In this document: in pieces, positions 9,820 to 19,803 of the stretch
How the letters are laid out: each line of letters starts with the position of its first letter
Position numbering within the stretch: the first letter of the stretch is position 1
From: Nitrospirales bacterium
Lineage (GTDB): Bacteria; Nitrospirota; Nitrospiria; Nitrospirales; UBA8639
DNA: 64,000 nucleotides
Reading direction: 5' to 3'
NCBI GenBank assembly: GCA_963555755.3
Contig: OY820905.2
Location: forward strand, 3,968,001-4,032,000
Translations under genes and position numbers: made by a program
The notes under the pieces: generated by a model
What the model saw: only the letters and a program-made list of their open reading frames with translations
Database searches by the model: none
What the model was told of the DNA's origin: nothing

Positions 9820-9960
9820 ATGTTGATCAACCTTCAAGCTATTCCAGATGACGACGTTTCTTTCTTAAGCGGCTTCTGTGGCCTCGCATCTGATTTGGTT
9901 CAACAGTGGCGGCCTCGTGAAGTTTTCGTGGTTCGGATAGACAACTGGTTCGATGTGAAG
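9820..9960 (+). pseudogene. Truncated cassette gene
   Basis: ORF starts just after GTTAGGT and runs into the inverted repeat at 9965. Confidence 0.5.
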
Positions 9961-9964
9961 GTCA

Positions 9965-10137
9965 GGGGGTCAGTTCTCACATTCCTACATCTTTTCGATG
10001 GCCTCGCACCGGGCCCCTCGTGAGGTGACAGGAAAGAGTTCGCACAAAAATTCAATCGTCACGGTCCAGCCATGCTTTGCGAAGTGCACTGTTTGTAGGA
10101 ATGTGAGAACTGACTCCCAAACTGAGAACTGACCCCC
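9965..10137. repeat. REP-like inverted pair
   Basis: gggggtcagttctcacattcctaca (9965-9989) / tgtaggaatgtgagaactgactccc (10094-10118), an extra half copy at 10123 and another partial copy near 19318. Confidence 0.8.
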
Positions 10138-10297
10138 AAACGACCACCAAACCTTCCGGATTCGAGAACACTTCGTGGGCTATACCGGAAGGCGGGAAGA
10201 GAAGCCCAGCGGCCATTAGTTTTGCTGAAAATTGTTTTAAAGGAAGAACTTCCCTATAATTTCAAAAAGATAAGACCTAGACTGATAGGAGAAGCCG

Positions 10298-10525
10298 ATG
10301 AAAAAAGTCACTGCTGCAGATACATTGAGTCTCTCCATTCCTGATCGCATTCAATTGGTTGAAGATATTTGGGATACGATTGCCAGTCAGGCGGAAGGTG
10401 TTGAACTCACTGACGAAGAAAAAAAACTAATTGACGAACGGTTAGAAGCCTACCATCGCGATCCTCAAGTTGGTTCATCCTGGAATGAGGTATATCAGCG
10501 AATTGTAAGTACCCATGGCCTTTGA
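10298..10525 (+). CDS. Addiction-module antitoxin (TIGR02574-like)
   Basis: LSIPDRIQLVEDIWDTI ... IDERLEAY ... SWNEV pattern; overlaps the toxin gene. Confidence 0.85.
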   Translation: MKKVTAADTLSLSIPDRIQLVEDIWDTIASQAEGVELTDEEKKLIDERLEAYHRDPQVGSSWNEVYQRIVSTHGL

Positions 10526-10820
10526 CCTTCTTGTCAGGCCTGAGGCCGAACAGGACTTGGCTGAAGCGTTTCAGTGGTATGAAAGTCAACGAGCAGGGTT
10601 AGGCCGAGACTTTCTTTTGCATGTTCAGGAAGGGTTTCAGTTTGTAGAGCGAACGCCCCTTGTCTTTTCCGAACGATATCACGGTGTTCGGCAACATCTC
10701 ATTAAACGCTTCCCGTATAAAATCTTCTACAAAGTTCAAGACCAAACGGTGGTCATTCTCGCTGTGGTGTATGGCGGACGAGATCCTGATTGGGTGAAGA
10801 AGAGACTGAAAAAAAGCTAG
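10515..10820 (+). CDS. RelE/ParE-family toxin
   Basis: RPEAEQDLAEAFQWYE...GLG..F and RFPYKIFY motifs. Confidence 0.88.
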   Translation: MAFDLLVRPEAEQDLAEAFQWYESQRAGLGRDFLLHVQEGFQFVERTPLVFSERYHGVRQHLIKRFPYKIFYKVQDQTVVILAVVYGGRDPDWVKKRLKKS

Positions 10821-11238
10821 TCATTTTCTTTGCCTTTCGATTTTTTAGTCAATCAATAATTTTGGGTGGCATGGCTCTCCATTTTTTATGCGGGGGACGA
10901 CACCCCACATAAAAATAAATGCAGCTGGGGAGTGCCCACCCTACTTAAATCTAACCATTTGCCCAACGCCAGTTACGTATTTACCCCCTCATCCTTGACC
11001 CTCAATAGGTCAGGGTGGTAGCGTCACTCCTTCTCAAATCCTCATCGTAATCACGAGCCTCTGGACCCCCAGTTACCCAGGTCTATATGCGGGAGATTCC
11101 CAAGAGCCGTATGGTATTTTTTGTATAGGGGTCTCTGAGTCCTTTGATTAATCTCTTGAACGATGGTGGTGAAACGGGGAAAAAATTTCAGGCGATTCAC
11201 GAATTTTCAAGGTTCATTGACCCAGAGGAACGTATTTA

Positions 11239-12321
11239 ATGGCGAGGAAATATAATTTTAGTGCTGGCCCGGCGATGTTACCGGAAGCTGTGCTGAAAAA
11301 GGCTCAAGAAGAATTGCCGGATTGGCATGGGGCTGGTGCCTCTATTATGGAAATGAGTCACCGGGGCAAAGAGTTCGTTTCAGTGCATGCCGAGGCTGAA
11401 AAAGATGTCCGTGACCTATTGGGAGTCCCGGATAATTATAAAGTTCTGTTTTTGCAGGGGGGCGCTTCGGCACAGTTCGCAACAATTCCCATGAACCTGT
11501 TACGTGGGAAGACCAAAGCCGATTACATCTGGACGGGTTCCTGGGGAAAAAAGGCTATCAGTGAGGCGAAGAAATATTGCTCGGTGAATGTCGCGGCTTC
11601 TTCGGAAGGCGATAAATTTACGACGATCCCGCCCTTCGAAAGTTGGTCGTTGAGCCAAGATGCGGCCTATGTGCACTACACGCCAAACGAGACGATTGAG
11701 GGTGTGGAATTTCACTGGATGCCGGATGTCGGTGATGTACCACTGGTGGCAGATTTTTCCTCGACGATTTTGTCTCGGCCGATTGATGTGAGTCGATTCG
11801 GGCTGATTTATGCTGGCGCTCAAAAGAATATTGGCCCGGCAGGGGTGACCTTAGTTATCGTAAGGGATGATCTTATGGGCGATGTTTTGCCGATCACGCC
11901 TAGTGTGTTTGATTATGCTCAACAAGCGAAAGCCGATTCGATGCTGAATACGCCGCCGACCTATGGGATCTACCTGGCGGGTTTGGTCTTTAAGTGGATG
12001 AAAGCGCAGGGTGGCCTTTCGGCTATGGGTGCGATCAACGAGCGGAAGGCCAAGAAGCTGTATGCGGCTATTGACAGTTCCAGCTTCTATAGTAATCCTG
12101 TTGAGAAATCTTCCCGATCCTGGATGAATGTGACGTTTGTGTTGGCCAATGCCGAGTTGGATAAGGAGTTTCTAGCCGGTGCCGAGGAAACAGGGTTGAC
12201 GACTCTCAAAGGGCATCGTTCAGTGGGTGGTATGCGTGCCAGCATTTATAACGCGATGCCGGAAGCCGGTGTGGATGCGCTCATCGACTATATGGCGGAT
12301 TTTGAAAAACGGAAAACCTAG
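11239..12321 (+). CDS. serC: Phosphoserine aminotransferase
   Basis: [28 protein letters not shown] and [14 protein letters not shown] motifs. Confidence 0.97.
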   Translation: MARKYNFSAGPAMLPEAVLKKAQEELPDWHGAGASIMEMSHRGKEFVSVHAEAEKDVRDLLGVPDNYKVLFLQGGASAQFATIPMNLLRGKTKADYIWTGSWGKKAISEAKKYCSVNVAASSEGDKFTTIPPFESWSLSQDAAYVHYTPNETIEGVEFHWMPDVGDVPLVADFSSTILSRPIDVSRFGLIYAGAQKNIGPAGVTLVIVRDDLMGDVLPITPSVFDYAQQAKADSMLNTPPTYGIYLAGLVFKWMKAQGGLSAMGAINERKAKKLYAAIDSSSFYSNPVEKSSRSWMNVTFVLANAELDKEFLAGAEETGLTTLKGHRSVGGMRASIYNAMPEAGVDALIDYMADFEKRKT

Positions 12322-12331
12322 GGAATAGCCA

Positions 12332-13924
12332 ATGAAAATTTTGATCAGTGATAGCTTGTCGCCTCGGGGTGTGGAAGTCCTGCAACAAGCCGGATTTACG
12401 GCTGATGTGAAAACCAAGTTGAGCAAGGAAGAATTGCTCCAAGAAATCAAAGCCTATGACGGCATCATCGTTCGTTCGGCTACCAAGGTGACGGCTGATG
12501 TGATTGAGGCCGGGGTTCAGCTCAAAATTATCGGTCGGGCCGGGACCGGTTTGGATAACGTCGACAAAGAGGCCGCGACTCGTCGAGGCATTGTTGTCAT
12601 GAATACGCCAGGTGGGAATACCATTACGACGGCTGAGCATACGATTGCGATGATGGTTGCGATGAGCCGAAAAATCCCTCAAGCCACGGCCTCGACCAAG
12701 GCGGGCAAATGGGAAAAAAGTAAATTCATGGGAGCGGAGTTGTACAACAAGACACTGGGCCTTGTTGGTCTTGGGCAGATAGGTACCGTAGTGACCAAAC
12801 TGGCACAGGGATTATCCATGAACGTTATTGGGTATGATCCGTTTCTCGCTCCCGAGCGGGCAAAAGAGCTGGGCATTGAAGCCGTGGAATTACCCGAACT
12901 CTTTCGCCGTTCCGATATTATTTCTGTCCATACTCCGCTGACGAATGAAACCCGGTCGATCATTAATGCCAAAGCTTTTCAGCAGATGAAGGATGGGGTG
13001 ATGATCGTCAATTGTGCCCGAGGCGGAATCGTCAATGAGAAGGATATATTTGAGGCCTTGCAAAGCAAGAAGGTGGCCTCCGCTGCGTTTGATGTGTTTG
13101 AAGAGGAGCCGGTGAAGCCCGATCATCCGTTGCTCACGTTGGAGAACTTTATTTGTTCTCCACATATTGGCGCTTCGACGGAAGAGGCTCAGGAAAACGT
13201 CGCCGTCGGGATTGCGGAACAGTTTGTTGATTATTTCAAGAAAGGCGTGGCTCGTGGAGCTGTGAATGTCCATTCGGTCCCACCAGAAATTCTCCCTCAG
13301 TTGCTACCGTATTTGGGTCTGGTCGAGCGCATGGGACTTTTTCAGTCGCAGCTCATCGATGGCGGTATCGAACGGGTCACGGTTGAGTATTGTGGAGAGG
13401 TGGCCAATTTATCTCTGGCTCCATTGACCGTGGCGGTTCTCAAAGGACTGTTGGCGCCAATTTTGGAAAGTGTCGTGAATTCAGTTAATGCGCCCTTTAT
13501 TGCAAAAAAACGCGGGATCGAAGTGAAAGAGATTAAAGGCAGTGATGCCGGAGAATATACCAGTCTTATTCGAATTCATGTGGAGGCTGGGAAGCAAACC
13601 CACACATTGGTTGGCACGCTGTATCATAAGAAAGATCCTCGTATCGTCGAGAGTAATGCCTATCCCGTGGAAGTGATTCCCGAAGGCTATATGCTGATGA
13701 TTTACAATGTCGATCGCCCTGGGGTCATTGGAACGGTGGGACGTGTTCTCGGAGAGCACAACGTGAACATTGCTCGCATGCAATGTGCTCGAGCCAAAAA
13801 AGGCGAGAATGCGTTGCTCATCATTGGTTTGGATGATCCCCCGTCTCCGCAAGTCATGGAGACGATAAAACAGGAACAAGATATTCTGTCCGTGCGCCTG
13901 GTTGATCTGACTCAGGTGCCCTAG
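12332..13924 (+). CDS. serA: D-3-phosphoglycerate dehydrogenase (long form with ACT domain)
   Basis: GRAGTGLDNVD, PHIGASTEEAQ, C-terminal DRPGVIG ACT domain. Confidence 0.96.
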   Translation: MKILISDSLSPRGVEVLQQAGFTADVKTKLSKEELLQEIKAYDGIIVRSATKVTADVIEAGVQLKIIGRAGTGLDNVDKEAATRRGIVVMNTPGGNTITTAEHTIAMMVAMSRKIPQATASTKAGKWEKSKFMGAELYNKTLGLVGLGQIGTVVTKLAQGLSMNVIGYDPFLAPERAKELGIEAVELPELFRRSDIISVHTPLTNETRSIINAKAFQQMKDGVMIVNCARGGIVNEKDIFEALQSKKVASAAFDVFEEEPVKPDHPLLTLENFICSPHIGASTEEAQENVAVGIAEQFVDYFKKGVARGAVNVHSVPPEILPQLLPYLGLVERMGLFQSQLIDGGIERVTVEYCGEVANLSLAPLTVAVLKGLLAPILESVVNSVNAPFIAKKRGIEVKEIKGSDAGEYTSLIRIHVEAGKQTHTLVGTLYHKKDPRIVESNAYPVEVIPEGYMLMIYNVDRPGVIGTVGRVLGEHNVNIARMQCARAKKGENALLIIGLDDPPSPQVMETIKQEQDILSVRLVDLTQVP

Positions 13925-13940
13925 CCAACTGATACGTTCC

Positions 13941-15308
13941 ATGGCACGTCGTCAACATCAACCCGTGGAACGCCAATCCTTCCTCCTGGAGACCTCAGCC
14001 CGATCCCTCATTCCCATGGGCATGGCCACGTTGTTGCCTGAGGCCTCACAACGAGTCCGCCATCTTGAGGCCATGATCTTCGATGGCTTTTCCCGATGGG
14101 GGTATCGGGAAATTATTCCGCCGACCTTTGAATACCTTGATGTTCTTTCAGCTGGGTTACCAGCCGAAACACTGGAGAAATGTTACAAGTTTGCGGATTG
14201 GACCACGGGACGGATTCTCGTGCTTCGCCCTGATGTCACAGCCCAAATTGCCAGGATTGTGGCCATGGGCATGGCGGGTCAAGGCCTCCCTCTTCGGTTG
14301 TGCTATCGCACCACGGTGTTTCGCTATGAGCCGGAACATGCGGGCCGAGAACGTGAAGTATTTCAGCTTGGGGTCGAACTCATTGGAGTTGATGAGGCCT
14401 CGATGGATGCCGAAATCCTCACACTCCTCGTGGAATCCTTGAAAACCCTGGGGTTGGCTGACTTCAAAATTTCGCTGGGCCATGTCGGGTTTTACCAAGC
14501 ACTGCTGGCAAAATCCGGCATGTCTGCTCAAGGACAAAAACAAGCGGAAATCGCGGCAGCTCGAAAAGACCTGCCGAATTTAGAAGGGATTCTCAAATCG
14601 GAACGGGTGCCATCGACGTTGGCTCGGGCTATTCTCGAGGCTCCTGGCCGTTATGGGCGGGAAGAGGTGTTAGAATGGGGCCGCAAGGTTGCGGGTCGGG
14701 ATCAGCGGTTAGTTAAACCTATTGAACGGCTTACCCAAGTGTATCGGTTGCTCGAAGCCACTGGGATTCAGGATCATCTCTTGCTGGACCTCGGTGAATT
14801 CCGTGGATTTGATTACTATGATGGATTGGTCTTTGATGTGTTTTCCGGGAAAGTCGGATGTGAACTGGGTGGTGGAGGGCGGTATAATCACCTTATAGGG
14901 CGCTTTGGCCGAGACCTTCCCTCCACGGGCTTTGCATTGGATATTGATCGTATTTTTCATGCCTTGGATTATGTTAAAAATGACCAGACGTGTTCTTCAT
15001 CGTCAGTTTTGCTGATGTCGCCTGTCAACCGATACGGCGCTGCCTTTAAGGCAGCCCAATTTCTTCGATCTCAAGGGATTACAGTGCTACAGGAGACATT
15101 GGCCAATACCACTTCTACACGGAATCTCAGGGCTCGAAAACGAGCCAATGAGTCCTCCGTGGGCTGGCTTGTACTGGCAGGACAACCTCGCATGAAAGCT
15201 CAAGACGTTGTGGCTATTCGTATGGGTGCAGGGAGAAAATCACAACGGACACTTCGACTTGAAGATTTACCTGACTTGATCAAGAAGGAAAAACATGCCT
15301 CAGTCTGA
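13941..15308 (+). CDS. hisZ: ATP phosphoribosyltransferase regulatory subunit
   Basis: HisRS-like LRPDVTAQIAR, REVFQLGVEL, YYDG and GGGRY motifs. Confidence 0.88.
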   Translation: MARRQHQPVERQSFLLETSARSLIPMGMATLLPEASQRVRHLEAMIFDGFSRWGYREIIPPTFEYLDVLSAGLPAETLEKCYKFADWTTGRILVLRPDVTAQIARIVAMGMAGQGLPLRLCYRTTVFRYEPEHAGREREVFQLGVELIGVDEASMDAEILTLLVESLKTLGLADFKISLGHVGFYQALLAKSGMSAQGQKQAEIAAARKDLPNLEGILKSERVPSTLARAILEAPGRYGREEVLEWGRKVAGRDQRLVKPIERLTQVYRLLEATGIQDHLLLDLGEFRGFDYYDGLVFDVFSGKVGCELGGGGRYNHLIGRFGRDLPSTGFALDIDRIFHALDYVKNDQTCSSSSVLLMSPVNRYGAAFKAAQFLRSQGITVLQETLANTTSTRNLRARKRANESSVGWLVLAGQPRMKAQDVVAIRMGAGRKSQRTLRLEDLPDLIKKEKHASV

Positions 15309-16641
15309 CTTATCCGACCTTCGGCTTCCACCGCAAAATCTCGATGCCGAGCAATCGGTTCTCGGAGCCATTATGTTGGACAATTCCTCATTGAGCAAAG
15401 CGTTTGAGGTGATCACGGAAGAAGACTTTTATCGAGGGGCCCACCGTATGATTTATCATGCGATGGTGGAACTGTCTGATTCGAATGAAGTTGTGGATCA
15501 AATCACGCTGACCGCGCAGCTAAAATCCAAAGGGCAGCTCGAACAGGTGGGGGGCGGGGCCTATGTGGCCGAGTTGGTTCAGGCTGTTCCGAGTGCCTCG
15601 AATATCCGATATCACTGTAAAATCGTCCGGGAAAAAGCCTTATTGCGTGGTTTGATTCGGACGGCCACCGAAGTGGTGACCAGAGGCTATGAGGAAGTAG
15701 GGCAATCCGACGATCTGTTGGAATATGCCGAACGGGAAATCTTTCAATTGGCACAGGGGCGGTTGGGCCGTTCCTTCGTTCCCGTGAATCAAATCATTAA
15801 GGAAAGCATCGAGATTGTCGATCGGTTATATAATAAGAAGGAAAGAATCACGGGTGTGCCAACGGGCTTCCGTGTATTGGACGATATCACGGCAGGGTTT
15901 CAGCCATCCGACCTCATTATTATTGCCGGCCGCCCCAGCATGGGAAAAACCAGTTTGGCACTGAGTATAGCTGAGCATGCGGCCATTCGTGCGGAAAAGT
16001 CGATTGGGATTTTCAGTCTGGAAATGTCCAAGGCGCAGTTGGTCCTGCGTATGTTGAGTTCCCAGGCCTATTTGGATTCTCATGCATTGCGGACTGGGCA
16101 ATTGACGGAAAAAGACTGGGTTTCTCTGTGCACGGCTGCTGATCGGTTGGAGCGGGCCAAGATTTTTATCGATGATTCCGGGGCCTTAACCGTCCAGCAA
16201 ATGCGAGGGAAAGCCCGGCGTTTGATGGCTGAGCACGGGCTTGACCTGTTGATTCTCGATTACTTGCAATTAATGCAGGGTCGCAGTGATTCGGAGTCTC
16301 GCCAGCAAGAAATTTCCGATATTAGTCGATCCCTGAAAGCCTTGGCGAAGGAATTGAACATTCCTGTAGTCGCGCTCTCCCAGTTGAGCCGGGCCGTGGA
16401 AAATCGAACAGACAAAAGACCGGTTCTCTCTGACTTGCGGGAATCCGGAGCTATTGAACAAGACGCGGACGTAGTGATGTTCATTTATCGCGATGAGGTA
16501 TATAATCCAGATACAGAGGAAAAAGGCATCGCGGATATCCTTGTGCGAAAACATCGGAATGGACCAACCGGTGATCGTCAGCTGTTTTTCCAAGAACGCT
16601 TCGCCAAATTTACAGATCTCGATTTGAGAGAAGTCAGCTAA
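15295..16641 (+). CDS. dnaB: Replicative DNA helicase
   Basis: PPQNLDAEQSVLG, GRPSMGKT, DYLQL and LRESGAIEQDAD motifs. Confidence 0.97.
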   Translation: MPQSDLSDLRLPPQNLDAEQSVLGAIMLDNSSLSKAFEVITEEDFYRGAHRMIYHAMVELSDSNEVVDQITLTAQLKSKGQLEQVGGGAYVAELVQAVPSASNIRYHCKIVREKALLRGLIRTATEVVTRGYEEVGQSDDLLEYAEREIFQLAQGRLGRSFVPVNQIIKESIEIVDRLYNKKERITGVPTGFRVLDDITAGFQPSDLIIIAGRPSMGKTSLALSIAEHAAIRAEKSIGIFSLEMSKAQLVLRMLSSQAYLDSHALRTGQLTEKDWVSLCTAADRLERAKIFIDDSGALTVQQMRGKARRLMAEHGLDLLILDYLQLMQGRSDSESRQQEISDISRSLKALAKELNIPVVALSQLSRAVENRTDKRPVLSDLRESGAIEQDADVVMFIYRDEVYNPDTEEKGIADILVRKHRNGPTGDRQLFFQERFAKFTDLDLREVS

Positions 16642-16820
16642 GGATCTGAGAGAAAGTAACTTGGACAATATCGCGCCAAGGTTTGGGTCGGATTTGGACG
16701 GAACGATTGAGGAAAACCAGAGACATAGCACAGCTATGTTGAGGGTGTTTCGATTGAAGTCCGTTCAAAGATGGCCCGAAGATTGGATGCGAGATGTCCA
16801 AGTTATTTTCTCTCAGGTCC
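16642..16820 (+). repeat. MITE family C copy (179 bp)
   Basis: About 25-bp TIR ggacctgagagaaaataacttggaca, central catagcacagctatg; begins immediately after the dnaB TAA. Confidence 0.88.
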
Positions 16821-16856
16821 TCATGGAACCCCGAATTCATTTGGAGGTATCCTGAC

Positions 16857-18674
16857 ATGTTCCAATGGGTATGTTCTCCGGCGCGCATGAGTCGAACGTC
16901 AAGAGGCTGGCAAGAACGTCTACTCGTCACGCTGCTCGTGATTCCATTAGCCGTGGTCTCCTGTGCGGCTGTGCCTGACACCAAAACCGAATCAATGTCT
17001 GAAGTTGTTGTACCCGAGCAGGCACTTCCCCCGCTGGCCTATTATCATTTTCTTCAAGGGTATATGTCGGAGCTGGCTGAGGAATTTCCCGAGGCCCTTG
17101 AACACTACCGCGCTGGCCTGCAATTTGATCCGGATTCCGCGTTCTTGCGGTTTCAGATGGCGAGCCTGCACTTCACATCCGGCAACATCCAGAACACCCT
17201 AAACTTATTAGAGCAAATAGACGCTGGAAAGGTCAGTAATGCTAGGGTCTTGACGCAGATGGCTAAAATGTTTGCTGGCGCCGGCAAGAAGGATCGTGCT
17301 CTGGCCCTGTTCGATCATGCGATTGAAAGAAATTCTGAACGGCCTCAAAGCTACATGGAAAAAGGTATTTTCTTATTTCACGGGAAGCAGTTTGTTGATG
17401 CGGAGAAAATGTTCGCGCGAGGCATTGAGTTGGCTCCCCACGCATCGATTGGATATTTCTATTTAGGAAAGGTCAATCAGGCGCAAGGGAAGGGCGATGA
17501 AGCCAAAGAATATTATCGAAAGACCATCCTGCGTGCGCCACGTTTTGAGCGGGCGCACCGGGAATTATTCCAATTGCTTGAGTCGGATGGTCAGGTGGCG
17601 GAGGCCATGGTTGTGTTGAAAGAGTATCTGTCGGATGTGAATCCTCATCACAGAAAGTTTCGGCAAGATTTGGTGCGGCTGTTGCTTCGGCAAAAAGAGT
17701 TTGACCAGGCGTTAACAGAGTTGGAATTTATAATTGAGAAGGCCCCCGATAATCTGAATGCTCAAGTGCGTCGGGCGTTGGTGTTTGCGGAGATGGAGGA
17801 TGTCCCCCGAGCGATTGAGGAAATGACAAATATCGTGGAGGCTCACCCCTCAAAGCTACAAGTTCGAGATTACTTGGGATTACTGTATGTGCAGGTTGAT
17901 CAACTCGACCAAGCCATTCAGGTCTATCACACGAACATTGACTTGGATCCAACCTTTTACGATAGCCGTATTCATCTTGGCTATGCCTTGTATCGACTCA
18001 AGCGGTTTGAAGAAGCCGTGCCGCATCTTCGTCGAGCCATCGAACTGAATCCGGGAAATGCTGAACCGCATCTTTTGTTAGGCCTCACGTATACTCAATC
18101 CGAACAACACAGGATGGCCATGGAAACGTTTGAGGTGGGATTGGAGCGCCATCCCAAAAATGTGGATCTGAGATTTAACCTTGGAGCCGCCTATGACAAG
18201 TTAGGACGCTTTCCTGATGTGGTTCGGGAAATGGAAGCAGTGATGGAACTCAATCCAGACCATGGCGATGCGCTCAATTATCTCGGATATAGCTATGCCG
18301 ATCGGGGAGTGAATATTGAACAAGCCGTGGCGTTAACCCAGCGAGCCGTCGCGCTCAAACCAAACAATGGATATTATGTCGATAGTCTGGGATGGGCCCT
18401 GTTTAAAATTGGTCGGGTGCAGGATGCTCTTGTCGAAATAAAACGTGCGGCTGAGTTGGTCAAGGATGACCCGGTAATTTTTGAGCATATGGGAGAAATC
18501 TATCTTTTACAGAATGACCGTGATAAAGCCAAGCAGTCTTGGTTACGATCGATCGAATTAGACCCGACGAATGGGAAACTCCAAGATCGTTTTCGAGATG
18601 TGGGATTCGGAGAGCCTCTTGAAGCTGTTAGCGAATTACCTCCACAGCCACAGGTGAGGACCTTTGCCGAATAG
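16857..18674 (+). CDS. TPR-repeat lipoprotein
   Basis: ggagg SD, AVVSC lipobox, many TPRs, ALNYLGYSYA/DSLGW motifs. Confidence 0.88.
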   Translation: MFQWVCSPARMSRTSRGWQERLLVTLLVIPLAVVSCAAVPDTKTESMSEVVVPEQALPPLAYYHFLQGYMSELAEEFPEALEHYRAGLQFDPDSAFLRFQMASLHFTSGNIQNTLNLLEQIDAGKVSNARVLTQMAKMFAGAGKKDRALALFDHAIERNSERPQSYMEKGIFLFHGKQFVDAEKMFARGIELAPHASIGYFYLGKVNQAQGKGDEAKEYYRKTILRAPRFERAHRELFQLLESDGQVAEAMVVLKEYLSDVNPHHRKFRQDLVRLLLRQKEFDQALTELEFIIEKAPDNLNAQVRRALVFAEMEDVPRAIEEMTNIVEAHPSKLQVRDYLGLLYVQVDQLDQAIQVYHTNIDLDPTFYDSRIHLGYALYRLKRFEEAVPHLRRAIELNPGNAEPHLLLGLTYTQSEQHRMAMETFEVGLERHPKNVDLRFNLGAAYDKLGRFPDVVREMEAVMELNPDHGDALNYLGYSYADRGVNIEQAVALTQRAVALKPNNGYYVDSLGWALFKIGRVQDALVEIKRAAELVKDDPVIFEHMGEIYLLQNDRDKAKQSWLRSIELDPTNGKLQDRFRDVGFGEPLEAVSELPPQPQVRTFAE

Positions 18675-18820
18675 TGTTGTCTTGTGGTCTTGCTGATTAT
18701 TCGTGGCCTTGGGAGTCTTGGTGGTTACGTGGAGTAGGAAGGTACCGATTATTTTTTTTGACGAGATCCGCGTAAAGCATTCCTGATCAAATTCGGAACA
18801 TCGATCCAAAGGAGTGTCGC

Positions 18821-19264
18821 ATGACCAACATGTTTCACCATCAACGAGGGTTCAGTTTAGTCGAACTGATGATCGTGGTGGCCATTATCGGTGTGTTGGC
18901 GTCTATTGCCATTCCACAGTTTTCCAAATTGCAGGCGAAAGCCAAACAATCTGAAGCCAAGATGAATTTGGTGAATCTTCATACCACTGAAATTGCGTAT
19001 TTTGTAGAACACAATACATATGTGGACGATTTTAATGCGATTGGTTTTGGTTTGGATGGAGTGTCTCATTACTATTATGAATTGGGTAATACGAGTCTAG
19101 GGACCCTCCCACCCGGCTGTACAGCCTCCACGCTTGATGCCGTTTCGGGTTCTGGCTTTACGGCTGTCGCTATCGGGAACATTGATGGAGATTCTACCTG
19201 TGATGTCTGGACCATTAATGAAGGCAAAATGTTGGTCAATGTGATCAACGACGTCTCATCCTGA
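18821..19264 (+). CDS. Type IV pilin
   Basis: Prepilin cleavage motif RG|FSLVELMIVVAIIGVLA and a C-terminal Cys pair. Confidence 0.92.
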   Translation: MTNMFHHQRGFSLVELMIVVAIIGVLASIAIPQFSKLQAKAKQSEAKMNLVNLHTTEIAYFVEHNTYVDDFNAIGFGLDGVSHYYYELGNTSLGTLPPGCTASTLDAVSGSGFTAVAIGNIDGDSTCDVWTINEGKMLVNVINDVSS

Positions 19265-19803
19265 ACGCGAAAATTTTGCCGGTGCTTACCACGAACCGTA
19301 AGGTCAGAAACTGGGAACAGTTCTCACATTCCCCTTGGCTCTTTCAATTCCTCGTATGGTTCGGCTCACCGTCGTATCGTGTACTCCAAAATGATTGCTG
19401 ACCTTGGCTATCGTGAATGCACCGAATCGATAATCACGACCCATCGGTCATTTCTACTCTGAGAATGTTGTTGACCATCCTTGGGCGAAAAAGCGACGGA
19501 TCGTCTCCGGCCTTTCGAGACTTCCCGTAGTGCTTCGGGGTGTTTCTCGTGCTTGTATTGTTCGACGAAGGCCTTGTCACCCAACAATAATTGATGTCGA
19601 GCCTAATCCAATGGGCTGGGTAGCCCTTGCCCTTCCATCGCAAATCGACGGTAGACCTATTTTCCTTGACACTTCTTCTCCCCCTTTGTTATAAGCCACC
19701 AGGCATAGGACCATGCTGTGTCTCTCGCTGTCCTATGTAGTTGATTTCGTGGTTGTTCTTAACAACCCTCCTCTCCCATGACCAGCTAACATACGTTTCA
19801 AAT

